This document shows, piece by piece, positions 28,794 to 36,667 of a stretch of 64,000 bases of DNA (within the stretch, counting starts at the first letter, position 1; every line of letters starts with the position of its first letter). The notes below the pieces were generated by a model that was not told the origin of the DNA, searched no databases, and was given only the letters and a program-made list of their open reading frames with translations. Location: assembly GCA_964561025.1 (NCBI GenBank), contig CAZLNM010000012.1:416-64415 (forward strand). The letters are read 5' to 3'. The translations under genes and the position numbers were made by a program. The DNA comes from an uncultured Myxococcales bacterium (lineage in GTDB: Bacteria > Myxococcota > B64-G9).

Positions 28794-30653
28794 ATGGACT
28801 TTATCAGGCGTGTGGGCAGGATGCTTCTCGGTGGAGGCCGGATGGAGCGTATCTTCGCCCTGTTCGTCCTCTCGGCGGTGGCCATCCTGATCCTGCCCAT
28901 CCCACCCGCCTTGATGGACCTGCTCCTGTGCGCGAACCTGGCCGGCTCGCTCACGTTGCTCTTGGTCTCGCTAGAGATGGGGGACGCGCTGCGGGTGGCC
29001 TCGTTCCCCACGCTGCTTCTGGTCAGCACCGTGTTCCGCCTCACCCTGAACATCTCCACCAGCCGGCTGGTGCTGCTCCACGGCGACGCGGGCGCGGTGG
29101 TGCGGGCCTTCGGCGAGTTCGTGGTGCAGGGCAATCCCCTGGTGGGCGGCATCGTGTTCCTCATCATCACCGTGGTGCAGTTCGTGGTCATCGCCAAGGG
29201 GGGCGAGCGGGTGGCCGAGGTCACCGCGCGCTTCACCCTCGACGCCATGCCGGGCAAGCAGATGAGCATCGACGCCGACCTGCGCGGCGGGCTCATCGAC
29301 GGCGCCGAGGCGGCGCGCCGGCGCGGGCAGCTGGAGCGCGAGGCCCAATTCTACGGCGCCATGGACGGCGCCATGAAGTTCGTCAAGGGCGACGCCGTGG
29401 CCGGCCTGGTGATCGTGGCGGTGAACATCCTGGGGGGCCTGCTGGTGGGCGTGGGGCAGCACGGCATGGAGCTGCCCGCCGCGGTGGCCCACTACACCGT
29501 GCTCACCATCGGCGACGGGCTGGCCTCCCAGGTGCCGGCGCTGCTGGTGTCGGTCGCGGCCGGGCTGGTGATCACCCGGGTCCGGCCGGAGAAGAGCGGC
29601 GCGGGGCTGGGGGGCGAGGTGCTGCGCCAGCTCGGCGCGCACCCCGAGGCCTTGCTGCTGGCGGGAGGGGCGTTGTCCGGCCTGGGGGTCATCCCGGGGA
29701 TGCCCACCGTCTCGTTCATGGTCCTGGGCGGAGCGACGGTGGCCCTGGGCCTTTGGCTGCGCGCCCGGGGCCGGCGCGACCTGCGGGCACGGGCGGAGCC
29801 GGCGCCGCGCGAGGGCGGGCCGTGCCTGTTCCTGGACCCCGCCATTTCGCCACAGGAGATCATGCCGCGGTTGGAGGAGCTGCGGCGGGGGCTCGAGGAG
29901 GACCTGGGGATCCCGGTGCCGTCCGTGCGGCTCGCCGCCGGGGCGCCGGGGCGCTGGCGCCTGGAGGTGGACCAGGCTCCCGTCGCGGCCGGCGCGCTGC
30001 CCGATCGGAACGTTCCCTGGGGCCGGCTGGAACAGGCCTTGCGGGAGTCGGCCTTCCGCTTCGTGGGGGTGCAGGAGGTGCAGGATCTGCTGGATCGGCT
30101 GGAGCGGAGCCAGCCCGCGCTGGTGCGCGAGATCGTCCCGCGGCTCATCCCGCCGGTGCTCCTGGCCGAGGTGCTCGCGCGCCTGGTCGAGGAGGGCGTG
30201 CCGATCCGCAACCTCAAGGGCATCTTGCTCTCGCTGGCCGAGCACGCGCGCCGCGAGTCCGACCCGGTCCAGCTCAGCGAGCGGGTGCGCGAGGCCCTGC
30301 GGCCGATCATCAGCCACCGCCTGGCGCCGGACGGCAGCCTGCAGCCGCTCCTGCTGGACCCGGCCATCGAGGAGGCGCTGGCCAGGGGCCTTTCGCGCGA
30401 CGGCGCCGGGGCCTCGCTGTCGCTGCCACCCGAGCAGGGAGAGGCCATCCTGAGCGCCCTCGAACGGACTCTGCGCAAAGGCGCGGGCCAACCGGTGGTG
30501 GTCCTGACCCGGCCGGAGCTGCGCCGTCCCTTCTGGAAGCTGGCCGCCAACCTGTGCCGCACGCTCTTCGTGGTGAGCTACGGGGAGCTGGAGCCGAACG
30601 TCTCGCTCAAGCCCGCCGGCGTGATCCGGCTGGCCCTGGAGGCAAAGAAATGA
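28794..30653 (+). CDS. FHIPEP-family export-gate protein (SctV/FlhA-like), orphan
   Basis: The N-terminal TM domain carries the FHIPEP core (GNPLVGGIVFLIITVVQFVVIAKGGERVAEVTARFTLDAMPGKQMSIDADL...EREAQFYGAMDGAMKFVKGDAVAG). The cytoplasmic C-domain is about 300 aa. At 619 aa it is shorter than the roughly 680-700 aa I recall for typical family members. Confidence 0.85.
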   Translation: MDFIRRVGRMLLGGGRMERIFALFVLSAVAILILPIPPALMDLLLCANLAGSLTLLLVSLEMGDALRVASFPTLLLVSTVFRLTLNISTSRLVLLHGDAGAVVRAFGEFVVQGNPLVGGIVFLIITVVQFVVIAKGGERVAEVTARFTLDAMPGKQMSIDADLRGGLIDGAEAARRRGQLEREAQFYGAMDGAMKFVKGDAVAGLVIVAVNILGGLLVGVGQHGMELPAAVAHYTVLTIGDGLASQVPALLVSVAAGLVITRVRPEKSGAGLGGEVLRQLGAHPEALLLAGGALSGLGVIPGMPTVSFMVLGGATVALGLWLRARGRRDLRARAEPAPREGGPCLFLDPAISPQEIMPRLEELRRGLEEDLGIPVPSVRLAAGAPGRWRLEVDQAPVAAGALPDRNVPWGRLEQALRESAFRFVGVQEVQDLLDRLERSQPALVREIVPRLIPPVLLAEVLARLVEEGVPIRNLKGILLSLAEHARRESDPVQLSERVREALRPIISHRLAPDGSLQPLLLDPAIEEALARGLSRDGAGASLSLPPEQGEAILSALERTLRKGAGQPVVVLTRPELRRPFWKLAANLCRTLFVVSYGELEPNVSLKPAGVIRLALEAKK

Positions 30654-31192
30654 AGATCCCGCTCGCGGTGTGGTTCGCCATCGCCGGGGTGTGCGGTTGC
30701 TTTGCGAGGACGGTGGTGCACCCCGAGGCGGTGCGGCTCAACGACGAGGGCGCCCGGGCCATGGCCGAGGGGCGCGCGCGCGAGGCGCGGGTGCTGTTCG
30801 AGCTGAGCCTGGAGTACGGGCCGTGCTACGCCGAGGCCCTGCACAACCTGGGGATCTGGCACCTGCTGCGCGGGGAGTTGCCGGCCGCCGCCCTGCGCGA
30901 GGAGGAGGCGCTGGTCTGCCGGCCGGACCTGGTCCAGGCTCGGTGCGGACTGGGAGTGGTGCGTTGGCGGCAGGGGGATCGCGACGAGGCGCGCGCGCTG
31001 TTCGAGGAGGCCCTGCGGCTCGATCCCGGATCGCTCGACGCGCGGCGCAACCTGGTGCTCCTGGATCTAGAACAGGGAAGGCTGGAGGAGGCCCGCATCC
31101 AACTCGATCGGCTGCGGGTCCTCTCCCCGGAAGACCCGATTCTGAAAGACCTGCCACCGGACGCAGAGACCGCTTTTTCGGATGGCCAGTGA
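30650..31192 (+). CDS. small TPR lipoprotein (pilotin-like architecture)
   Basis: Its ATG overlaps the FHIPEP stop in a 4-nt ATGA. It has a lipoprotein signal (WFAIAGVCGC) and about 4 TPR units. It is the 3' end of a 1190-aa shadow ORF in the track. Confidence 0.7.
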   Translation: MKIPLAVWFAIAGVCGCFARTVVHPEAVRLNDEGARAMAEGRAREARVLFELSLEYGPCYAEALHNLGIWHLLRGELPAAALREEEALVCRPDLVQARCGLGVVRWRQGDRDEARALFEEALRLDPGSLDARRNLVLLDLEQGRLEEARIQLDRLRVLSPEDPILKDLPPDAETAFSDGQ

Positions 31193-31205
31193 AAGAGGGA
31201 GGATC

Positions 31206-32012
31206 ATGACATTTCGCTTCTTCATCGTGGGACAGGAAGCCACCGCGGCGGGGTTCTTCGTGGACGAGGCCCGCGCGGGCCCGGAGGTCGTCCTCGGCCG
31301 GGACGAGCAAGCGCACATCGTGCTCCCGGATCCCTCCGTCTCCCGCCGGCACTGCCGGGTGACGGAACACGCGGACGGGCCGCGGGTGGAGGACCTGGGT
31401 AGCCGGCTCGGCACACGTCTGAACGGCGCCGCGCTGCTGCCGGGGGAGCCTGTGTTGCTACGGCAGGGGGACGAACTCACCCTGGGGGTGTACCGGGTGG
31501 TCTTCGTGGGGGACTCTGACGCTGCCTGCGATGAGACTCGCGCCGTGGCGGCGGCGCTGCAGGAACTCCTCGAGCAGCCGGACGCCGTGGTCGAGAAGGC
31601 GTACCTGGAGATTGAGAACGGGCCCGAGGCAGGGAAGCGTATCGATCTGCCAGACGAGGGCGTGCTGCGGCTCGGCCGCGGCCGGGAGTGCGAGGTTCGC
31701 CTGGATGACGCGCGAACCTCGAGAGCCCACGCGCTGATTCGGCTGCGCCGCAAGGAGGCCTGGCTGGAGGACAATGGATCTCAAAACGGCACCTTCGTGG
31801 GCGAGCGGCGAGTGCGACGGGAGGTCCGGCTCGCGGATCGGGATCAGTTGCGCCTGGGCCGGATGGTGCTGCGCGTACGGCTGCCAAAGCAACCGCTCGA
31901 TCTCGGCGCCGTCCTCTCGGCCCGGACGGGGCCGGCGCGGCGCCTGTGGCTTTCCTCGCTGGCATTTCTGCTGATGGGAGTCGGCGGTCTTCTGCTGGCG
32001 GCGTGGACCTAG
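31206..32012 (+). CDS. tail-anchored protein with two FHA domains
   Basis: Two FHA signatures (VVLGRDEQAHIVLPDPSVSRRHCRV...LGSRLGTRLNG and LRLGRGRECEVRLDDARTSRAHALI...NGSQNGTFVG) and a C-terminal TM segment (LWLSSLAFLLMGVGGLLLAAW). Start at ATG 31206 after a gagggagga RBS, 13 nt after the TPR gene. Confidence 0.78.
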   Translation: MTFRFFIVGQEATAAGFFVDEARAGPEVVLGRDEQAHIVLPDPSVSRRHCRVTEHADGPRVEDLGSRLGTRLNGAALLPGEPVLLRQGDELTLGVYRVVFVGDSDAACDETRAVAAALQELLEQPDAVVEKAYLEIENGPEAGKRIDLPDEGVLRLGRGRECEVRLDDARTSRAHALIRLRRKEAWLEDNGSQNGTFVGERRVRREVRLADRDQLRLGRMVLRVRLPKQPLDLGAVLSARTGPARRLWLSSLAFLLMGVGGLLLAAWT

Positions 32013-32109
32013 CGTTGCTGTGCCGCAACTTACGCGCGCCCGCCCGCCAGCGCTGGCTCTTTCGCTCCCACGATCGGTCGCGACTTACGGAGAGAGGAGG
32101 GTGGGCGTC

Positions 32110-33204
32110 CTAGCTGAGATCCACCCGGAGCACCTGGTTGCCGATCTGGACGCGATCGTCGTGAGCGAGCGGCGTGCTGCCGACGATGCGCAGGTAGGTG
32201 CCGTTCGACGAGCCCAGGTCGCGCAGGAAGCAATCCCCCTGGCGGTTGCTGAGCAGACAGTGGCGCGAGGAGATGTACCCGTCATCGGGGAAGCGCACCT
32301 CGCCCTCCTCGCGCCCGATCATGACCTCGGCCTGGGTGAGCAGGTGGATCTCGCCGATCTTGCCGCCTTCCAAGATCTGCACCAGGCGGGCCCACACCTG
32401 GGGCACCGGGCTGCCCCAGAACTGGCTGTCGTCGCCGGCCTTCGGCGGGGCCTCCAGGTCCTGGAAGCCCCCCGGCACCTCCAGCCGCAGCAGTTGCCGC
32501 CCGATGCGAAAGCAGGTCCCCGGCGCGATGGGCTCCTCGGCGGTCATCTTGCGGAAGATGCCGTTGAGGCTGTCGAGGTCGGTGATGGAGAGCTGGCCGT
32601 CCTTGAAGGTGAGTTCGGCGTGCCGCGGGGAGATGAACGGATCCTTGGGGAACATGATGACCCCCTGGCTCCGCCCGAGCGTGGTGCGCTCGGCGGCCAG
32701 GGTGAAGACCGTGCCCTCGGAGCCGTCGGGCTTGATCAGCACCAGCCGGGCGCGGGGTTTGCGGGCGGCGTCGGGGGAGGCCACGTGCATGAACATGGTG
32801 GCCCCCTTCGGCGCCGCCTCGCCGCCGGAGAGCCGCTGGCCGCAGCCGCTACAGAAGACGTCGCCGGGCTTGGTGGGGGCGTGGCAGTGCGGGCAGGCCG
32901 CGGGGGCGCCAGACGGCGATTCTACGGCCGGGGCGGCGGCGACCGGCGCCGGCTCCGCGGGGGGAGGCGGCGGCGCCGCGGCGGGCGGCGGGGCGGCCGG
33001 ACGGATGGCGCTCGCGGGTTTCGCCTGGGCGCCGGTGGCCGGGCGGGAAGGCCGTGGGGCTGGAGCGGGCTCTACCGGAGCTGGCGGCGCCGCGGCCGGA
33101 GCGGGCTTCTCCGAGGTCCCGCCGGGGCGCAGCACGTTGCCGCAGTCGAGGCAGAAGCGGAACGAATCGTCGTTTTCCCTGCCGCAGTTCGGGCACTTGA
33201 CCAT
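32110..33204 (-). CDS. double zinc-ribbon, double FHA-domain protein
   Basis: MVKCPNCGRENDDSFRFCLDCG and CPHCHAPTKPGDVFCSGCG zinc ribbons, a Pro/Ala linker, then two FHA domains (LGRSQGVIMFPKDPFISPRHAEL...SLNGIF; IGREEGEVRFPDDGYISSRHCLL...SSNGTY). I trimmed the start to ATG 33204. Confidence 0.78.
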   Translation of the reverse strand: MVKCPNCGRENDDSFRFCLDCGNVLRPGGTSEKPAPAAAPPAPVEPAPAPRPSRPATGAQAKPASAIRPAAPPPAAAPPPPPAEPAPVAAAPAVESPSGAPAACPHCHAPTKPGDVFCSGCGQRLSGGEAAPKGATMFMHVASPDAARKPRARLVLIKPDGSEGTVFTLAAERTTLGRSQGVIMFPKDPFISPRHAELTFKDGQLSITDLDSLNGIFRKMTAEEPIAPGTCFRIGRQLLRLEVPGGFQDLEAPPKAGDDSQFWGSPVPQVWARLVQILEGGKIGEIHLLTQAEVMIGREEGEVRFPDDGYISSRHCLLSNRQGDCFLRDLGSSNGTYLRIVGSTPLAHDDRVQIGNQVLRVDLS

Positions 33205-33367
33205 GAAGGCTCTCCCTGTCGTGCCGGACGAGCGCCGGCCGGATCCTATGACCGCGGATTGAACCATCCGGCGCGCGACACTGTCAAGCGCCGCGCCAAC
33301 TCCCTTGCCACACCTGGCGAGACGGCGTAGCATTTCCCGTCATCGAACCCACCGCGCGGGAGGACGC

Positions 33368-33796
33368 ATGGACTTCGAGGAACTCACGGCGGGGAACTTG
33401 TTGTTCCGCATGCTGGACCAGGAGGCGCGGCGGCGCGTCGCGGCCCTGGGCCGGATCGAGGCCTTTCGCGCCGGCCAGGTGATCATCGCCCAGGGGGACA
33501 GCGACACCGACATCTTCCTGGTGCGCAAGGGCTCGGTGGACGTGCAGACCCAGCAGGAGGGCTTCATCGTGGAGCTTTCCACGCTCGGCCCGGGCAGCCT
33601 GTTCGGCGAGGTGGCGGGGGTGAGCGGGGTGCGCCGCACCGCCACGGTGACGGCGCGCGAGGACGCGGAGGTGCTGCGCTTTGCCGGCAAGGAGCTGGTC
33701 GAGGAGCTGCGCCGCCACCCCACCGCCAGCCGCCTGCTGGACGCCATCGTGCTCCACCGCGCCAAGGACACCATCGGCAAGACCTTCGGGGAGTGA
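33368..33796 (+). CDS. stand-alone cyclic-nucleotide-binding (CAP_ED) domain protein
   Basis: LFRMLDQEARRRVAALGRIEAFRAGQVIIAQGDSDTDIFLVRKGSVDV...LGPGSLFGEVAGVSGVRRTATVTA is the cNMP-binding beta-barrel with an FGE...RTA phosphate-binding cassette. There is no output domain. Confidence 0.75.
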   Translation: MDFEELTAGNLLFRMLDQEARRRVAALGRIEAFRAGQVIIAQGDSDTDIFLVRKGSVDVQTQQEGFIVELSTLGPGSLFGEVAGVSGVRRTATVTAREDAEVLRFAGKELVEELRRHPTASRLLDAIVLHRAKDTIGKTFGE

Positions 33797-33820
33797 AAAG
33801 CAACCAGCGTCCGACGCGAG

Positions 33821-33857
33821 GCCGATCCCCGATTGCATGATCCTCGGGGATCTCGGC
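33821..33857 (+). terminator. hairpin downstream of the cNMP-binding gene
   Basis: GCCGATCCCCGA ... TCGGGGATC(T)CGGC has a 9-bp perfect core with an extension and an 11-nt loop. A T5 run follows about 20 nt later. Confidence 0.35.
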
Positions 33858-33882
33858 TGTCAGACACCGGGGTCGGGGATTT

Positions 33883-33911
33883 TTGACTTTACTCAATGCG
33901 CTGAGTAATAA
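33883..33911 (+). promoter_or_regulatory. sigma-70-like promoter giving a leaderless or near-leaderless ATPase mRNA
   Basis: TTGACT (33883-33888), 17-nt spacer, TAATAA(T) (33906-33912). The ATG at 33920 is only 8 nt after the -10 hexamer and has no Shine-Dalgarno sequence. Confidence 0.45.
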
Positions 33912-33930
33912 TACTCATCATGTTGAGTAA
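33889..33930. promoter_or_regulatory. two tandem palindromic operator-like sites, TACTCA-N6-TGAGTA
   Basis: tTACTCAatgcgcTGAGTAa (33889-33908) and aTACTCAtcatgtTGAGTAa (33911-33930). Their centres are 22 bp apart. The first fills the promoter spacer and the second is centred on the start codon. Confidence 0.5.
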
Positions 33931-35125
33931 ATTGTCAAAGGCTTTCCGGCGCCCACAGGCAGAGACACTGGCGCGGCGACTGCGAGAGCCGCGCCGGTTC
34001 ATCCAGGTGGTGGCCGGGGCGCGGCAGGTCGGAAAGACCACGCTGGTCGAGCAGGTGGTGCAGGACTCCGGTGTGCCGGTGGTGTTCGCCAGTGCCGATG
34101 AGCCCACCCTCAAGGGGTCGGATTGGATCGCTCAGCAGTGGGAAGCCGCGAGAATGACTGCCGGCGACAGCGGCTCCATCCTGGTCATCGACGAGGTGCA
34201 GAAGGCCGCCGGCTGGTCAGAGACGGTGAAGCGACTGTGGGACGAGGACACGCGCAAGAGGTGGCCCATCAAAGTCCTCCTGCTGGGTTCAGCGCCCCTA
34301 TTGGTTCAGAGAGGGCTTTCCGAGAGCCTGGCCGGCCGATTCGAGATTTTGAACCTGCCGCACTGGTCGTTCGACGAGATGCGGCGGGCTTTCGGTTTTT
34401 CCCCGGAACAATACGTTTTCTACGGTGGCTATCCTGGAGCCGCTCCTCTGATCGGGGAGTTCGAGCGCTGGGTGCGATACATCCGCGATTCCCTCATCGA
34501 AACCACCATCTCGCGAGACGTGACGTTGCTTGCGCGGGTGGACAAACCGGCACTGCTGCGTCGGCTTTTCGAACTGGGCTGCATCTACTCGGGGCAGGTG
34601 CTCTCCTACAACAAGATGCTTGGCCAGTTGCAGGACGCCGGCAACACCACCACCCTGGCGAACTATCTCGAACTGCTTTCCGCGGCAGGCATGCTCTGCG
34701 GACTGTCCAAATACGCCGGTGGAAGGACCCGCTCGCGCGCCTCGAGCCCGAAGCTGCAAGTGTTCAACACTGCCTTGATCAGCGCCCAGGCCGGGGTCAC
34801 GTTATCCGACGCCCGTGCCGACCGCGAGCACTGGGGGCGCCTGGTCGAATCGGCCGTCGGCGCTCACCTGATCAACACGTGCCGGTCGGGAAGCGGGGAA
34901 GTCTATTACTGGCGAGAGCGCGACCTGGAAGTGGATTTCCTGGTCAAGATGGGGCGAACGCTCGCGGCCATCGAAGTCAAGAGCGGGCGCAGACGCGCCG
35001 CAGGAACGGGCATGGCGGCCTGCTCGAAGATCTTTCGGCCAGACCATGTCCTGCTCGTGGGCGGCGACGGCATACCCGTTGAGAAATTCCTGGCGACGCC
35101 CATCGAGCGGTTGCTGAAGAACTGA
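33920..35125 (+). CDS. AAA+ ATPase with C-terminal DUF4143-type domain (AAA_14 family)
   Basis: Walker A GARQVGKTT about 35 aa from the N-terminus, Walker B ILVIDEVQ, and a C-terminal region typical of DUF4143 (…EVYYWRERDLEVDFLV…AIEVKSG). Its GC content is visibly lower than that of its neighbours. Confidence 0.75.
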   Translation: MLSKLSKAFRRPQAETLARRLREPRRFIQVVAGARQVGKTTLVEQVVQDSGVPVVFASADEPTLKGSDWIAQQWEAARMTAGDSGSILVIDEVQKAAGWSETVKRLWDEDTRKRWPIKVLLLGSAPLLVQRGLSESLAGRFEILNLPHWSFDEMRRAFGFSPEQYVFYGGYPGAAPLIGEFERWVRYIRDSLIETTISRDVTLLARVDKPALLRRLFELGCIYSGQVLSYNKMLGQLQDAGNTTTLANYLELLSAAGMLCGLSKYAGGRTRSRASSPKLQVFNTALISAQAGVTLSDARADREHWGRLVESAVGAHLINTCRSGSGEVYYWRERDLEVDFLVKMGRTLAAIEVKSGRRRAAGTGMAACSKIFRPDHVLLVGGDGIPVEKFLATPIERLLKN

Positions 35126-35259
35126 AAACGGCTGTCCGGGCATGGAGAGGAGCGGGGACCATTCCCCAGGGCCCACGTCTTCTTTGGCGGAAACCGAATC
35201 GTTGAAAGCTCACTGTTCGCTGTGAAACTCCAAGCCGCTCTGAGCCGTTTGCTCCCGGC

Positions 35260-36639
35260 TCAACGAGACTCGTACGCCCCCACGTCCAGCGGGGGAGAGG
35301 CGGGACGGGGCGTCTCGGCGCAGGGGTGGAGGTATTCGCTGCGCGGGACGAGGTCGAAGCCCGCCGCCGAGCCCGGGTCGGCGCCAGCGTCGATGGCCGG
35401 GCAGCCGGCCACGGGGTGGTAGTCGAACCCCGCCCGGTCGGCCAGGGAGGCCCCGCTGGCGGGGGTGAGGTTGTTGGTCTCCAGCGCGGTGGCCGCGAGG
35501 CGGGTGCCCGCGCCCACGAAGAGGTTGTTGGTGAGCGCCGCCGTGGCGCCGGCGGCGATGCGCACGAACGTCCCGCCGTCGTAGTCGTTGACCAGGGTGT
35601 TGTTGACCATGAAGAGCTCGGCCGACGGGTTGGACAGGCCCTCGTCGCCGTACGAGAACAGGGTGTGGTTGGGGCTGTCGGGGCCTTGCTCTAGCAGGTT
35701 GCCGATCAGGATGCTGCGGCCGCCGTTCGGGAGCTGCACGGTGTAGCTGGGATCGCCAGATTCGTCGCTGATGCGGTTGTAGAGGATGAGGTTCTCGAGC
35801 GCCCGGCTCTTCAGCTCGTGGCCCTGGTGGGCGGCGTGGGAGTAGTTGAAGCGGAAGGTGAGCCGCCGCACGTGGTTGATGTAGAGGTTGTGCGACTGCC
35901 CGTCACCGTAGCCGTTGCGGGCGAACTCGGAGAATTCGATGAGGATGTCGCTCTCGGAATCGTCGCCCGCCAGGATGCCGTCCTCGTTGTCGTGGAAGAA
36001 ACAGTGGCGCACGGTAAGACCGGTGCCCTCCTGGCGGATGCCGGCGCCGTTCTGGTCCGGGACGGTGCAGCCGGAGAACTCGATCCATTCCACCGTGGTG
36101 CGATCCCCCTGGATGACCCAGATGGCCTTGCCGCCGTAGGCCGCGCCGTTCGCGCGCAGGTGCGCCATCCCCCCCACGCCGCGGATGGTGAGGTCGTTTC
36201 GGGTCCAGGCGCACACGTCGCCGAGGTATTCCCCGGCGTCGATCTCGATGGTGTCTCCGTCGCGCGCGGCCGCCGCCGCCTGGCAGGGCGTCTTGTAGGT
36301 CCGGGTCGGCCCCACCTGGAGGATCCGGCCCGGCGCGCCGTCTCCGTCACCGGTCCCGGCATCGTTCCCGGCGTCCGTTCCCGGATCACCGCCACCGTCT
36401 GGACCGGTGTCGGAGCCCGGGTCCGCTCCGGCGTCGGCGCCGGCGTCCTGTCCCGCGTCTGCGACATGGCCGTCATCACCCGTCGCGCCCGCGTCGCCGT
36501 CGGCGCCATCTGCCCCGTCCGGCGAAATCGGCGCGTCCTCGTCCCCGTCGGGCCGGCCGGAAGCTCCAATCGATCCGGTGCAGGCGGAGCAAGCGGCGAG
36601 CACTCCCAGAAGGAAGCAGAGCCTAAAAAAGGAGCGCAT
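35260..36639 (-). CDS. secreted right-handed parallel beta-helix protein (polysaccharide lyase/hydrolase-like)
   Basis: Lipoprotein signal (FLLGVLAACSAC), an 80-aa D/G/A-rich linker, then beta-helix-type repeats (…GTGLTVRHCFFHDNEDGILAGDD…HNLYINHVRRLTFRFNYSH…). I prefer ATG 36639 with an RBS; the tracked TTG start is at 36666. Confidence 0.65.
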   Translation of the reverse strand: MRSFFRLCFLLGVLAACSACTGSIGASGRPDGDEDAPISPDGADGADGDAGATGDDGHVADAGQDAGADAGADPGSDTGPDGGGDPGTDAGNDAGTGDGDGAPGRILQVGPTRTYKTPCQAAAAARDGDTIEIDAGEYLGDVCAWTRNDLTIRGVGGMAHLRANGAAYGGKAIWVIQGDRTTVEWIEFSGCTVPDQNGAGIRQEGTGLTVRHCFFHDNEDGILAGDDSESDILIEFSEFARNGYGDGQSHNLYINHVRRLTFRFNYSHAAHQGHELKSRALENLILYNRISDESGDPSYTVQLPNGGRSILIGNLLEQGPDSPNHTLFSYGDEGLSNPSAELFMVNNTLVNDYDGGTFVRIAAGATAALTNNLFVGAGTRLAATALETNNLTPASGASLADRAGFDYHPVAGCPAIDAGADPGSAAGFDLVPRSEYLHPCAETPRPASPPLDVGAYESR

Positions 36640-36667
36640 GGAATCTCCCGCGAGCGCGATCGCCAAG

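Noticed and set aside
27620-30649. First 1010 codons of the 1190-aa plus-strand ORF (27620..31192)
   Set aside because: It is an out-of-frame overlap of murA and the FHIPEP gene, with a Pro/Arg/Gly/Ala-dominated translation typical of high-GC shadow frames. Only the last 180 codons (the TPR lipoprotein from ATG 30650) are real.
33800-35260. Possibility that the DUF4143 ATPase insert is a mobile element
   Set aside because: I could find no transposase, integrase, terminal inverted repeats, target-site duplication or adjacent tRNA. Only its composition and the operator-like palindromes are unusual.
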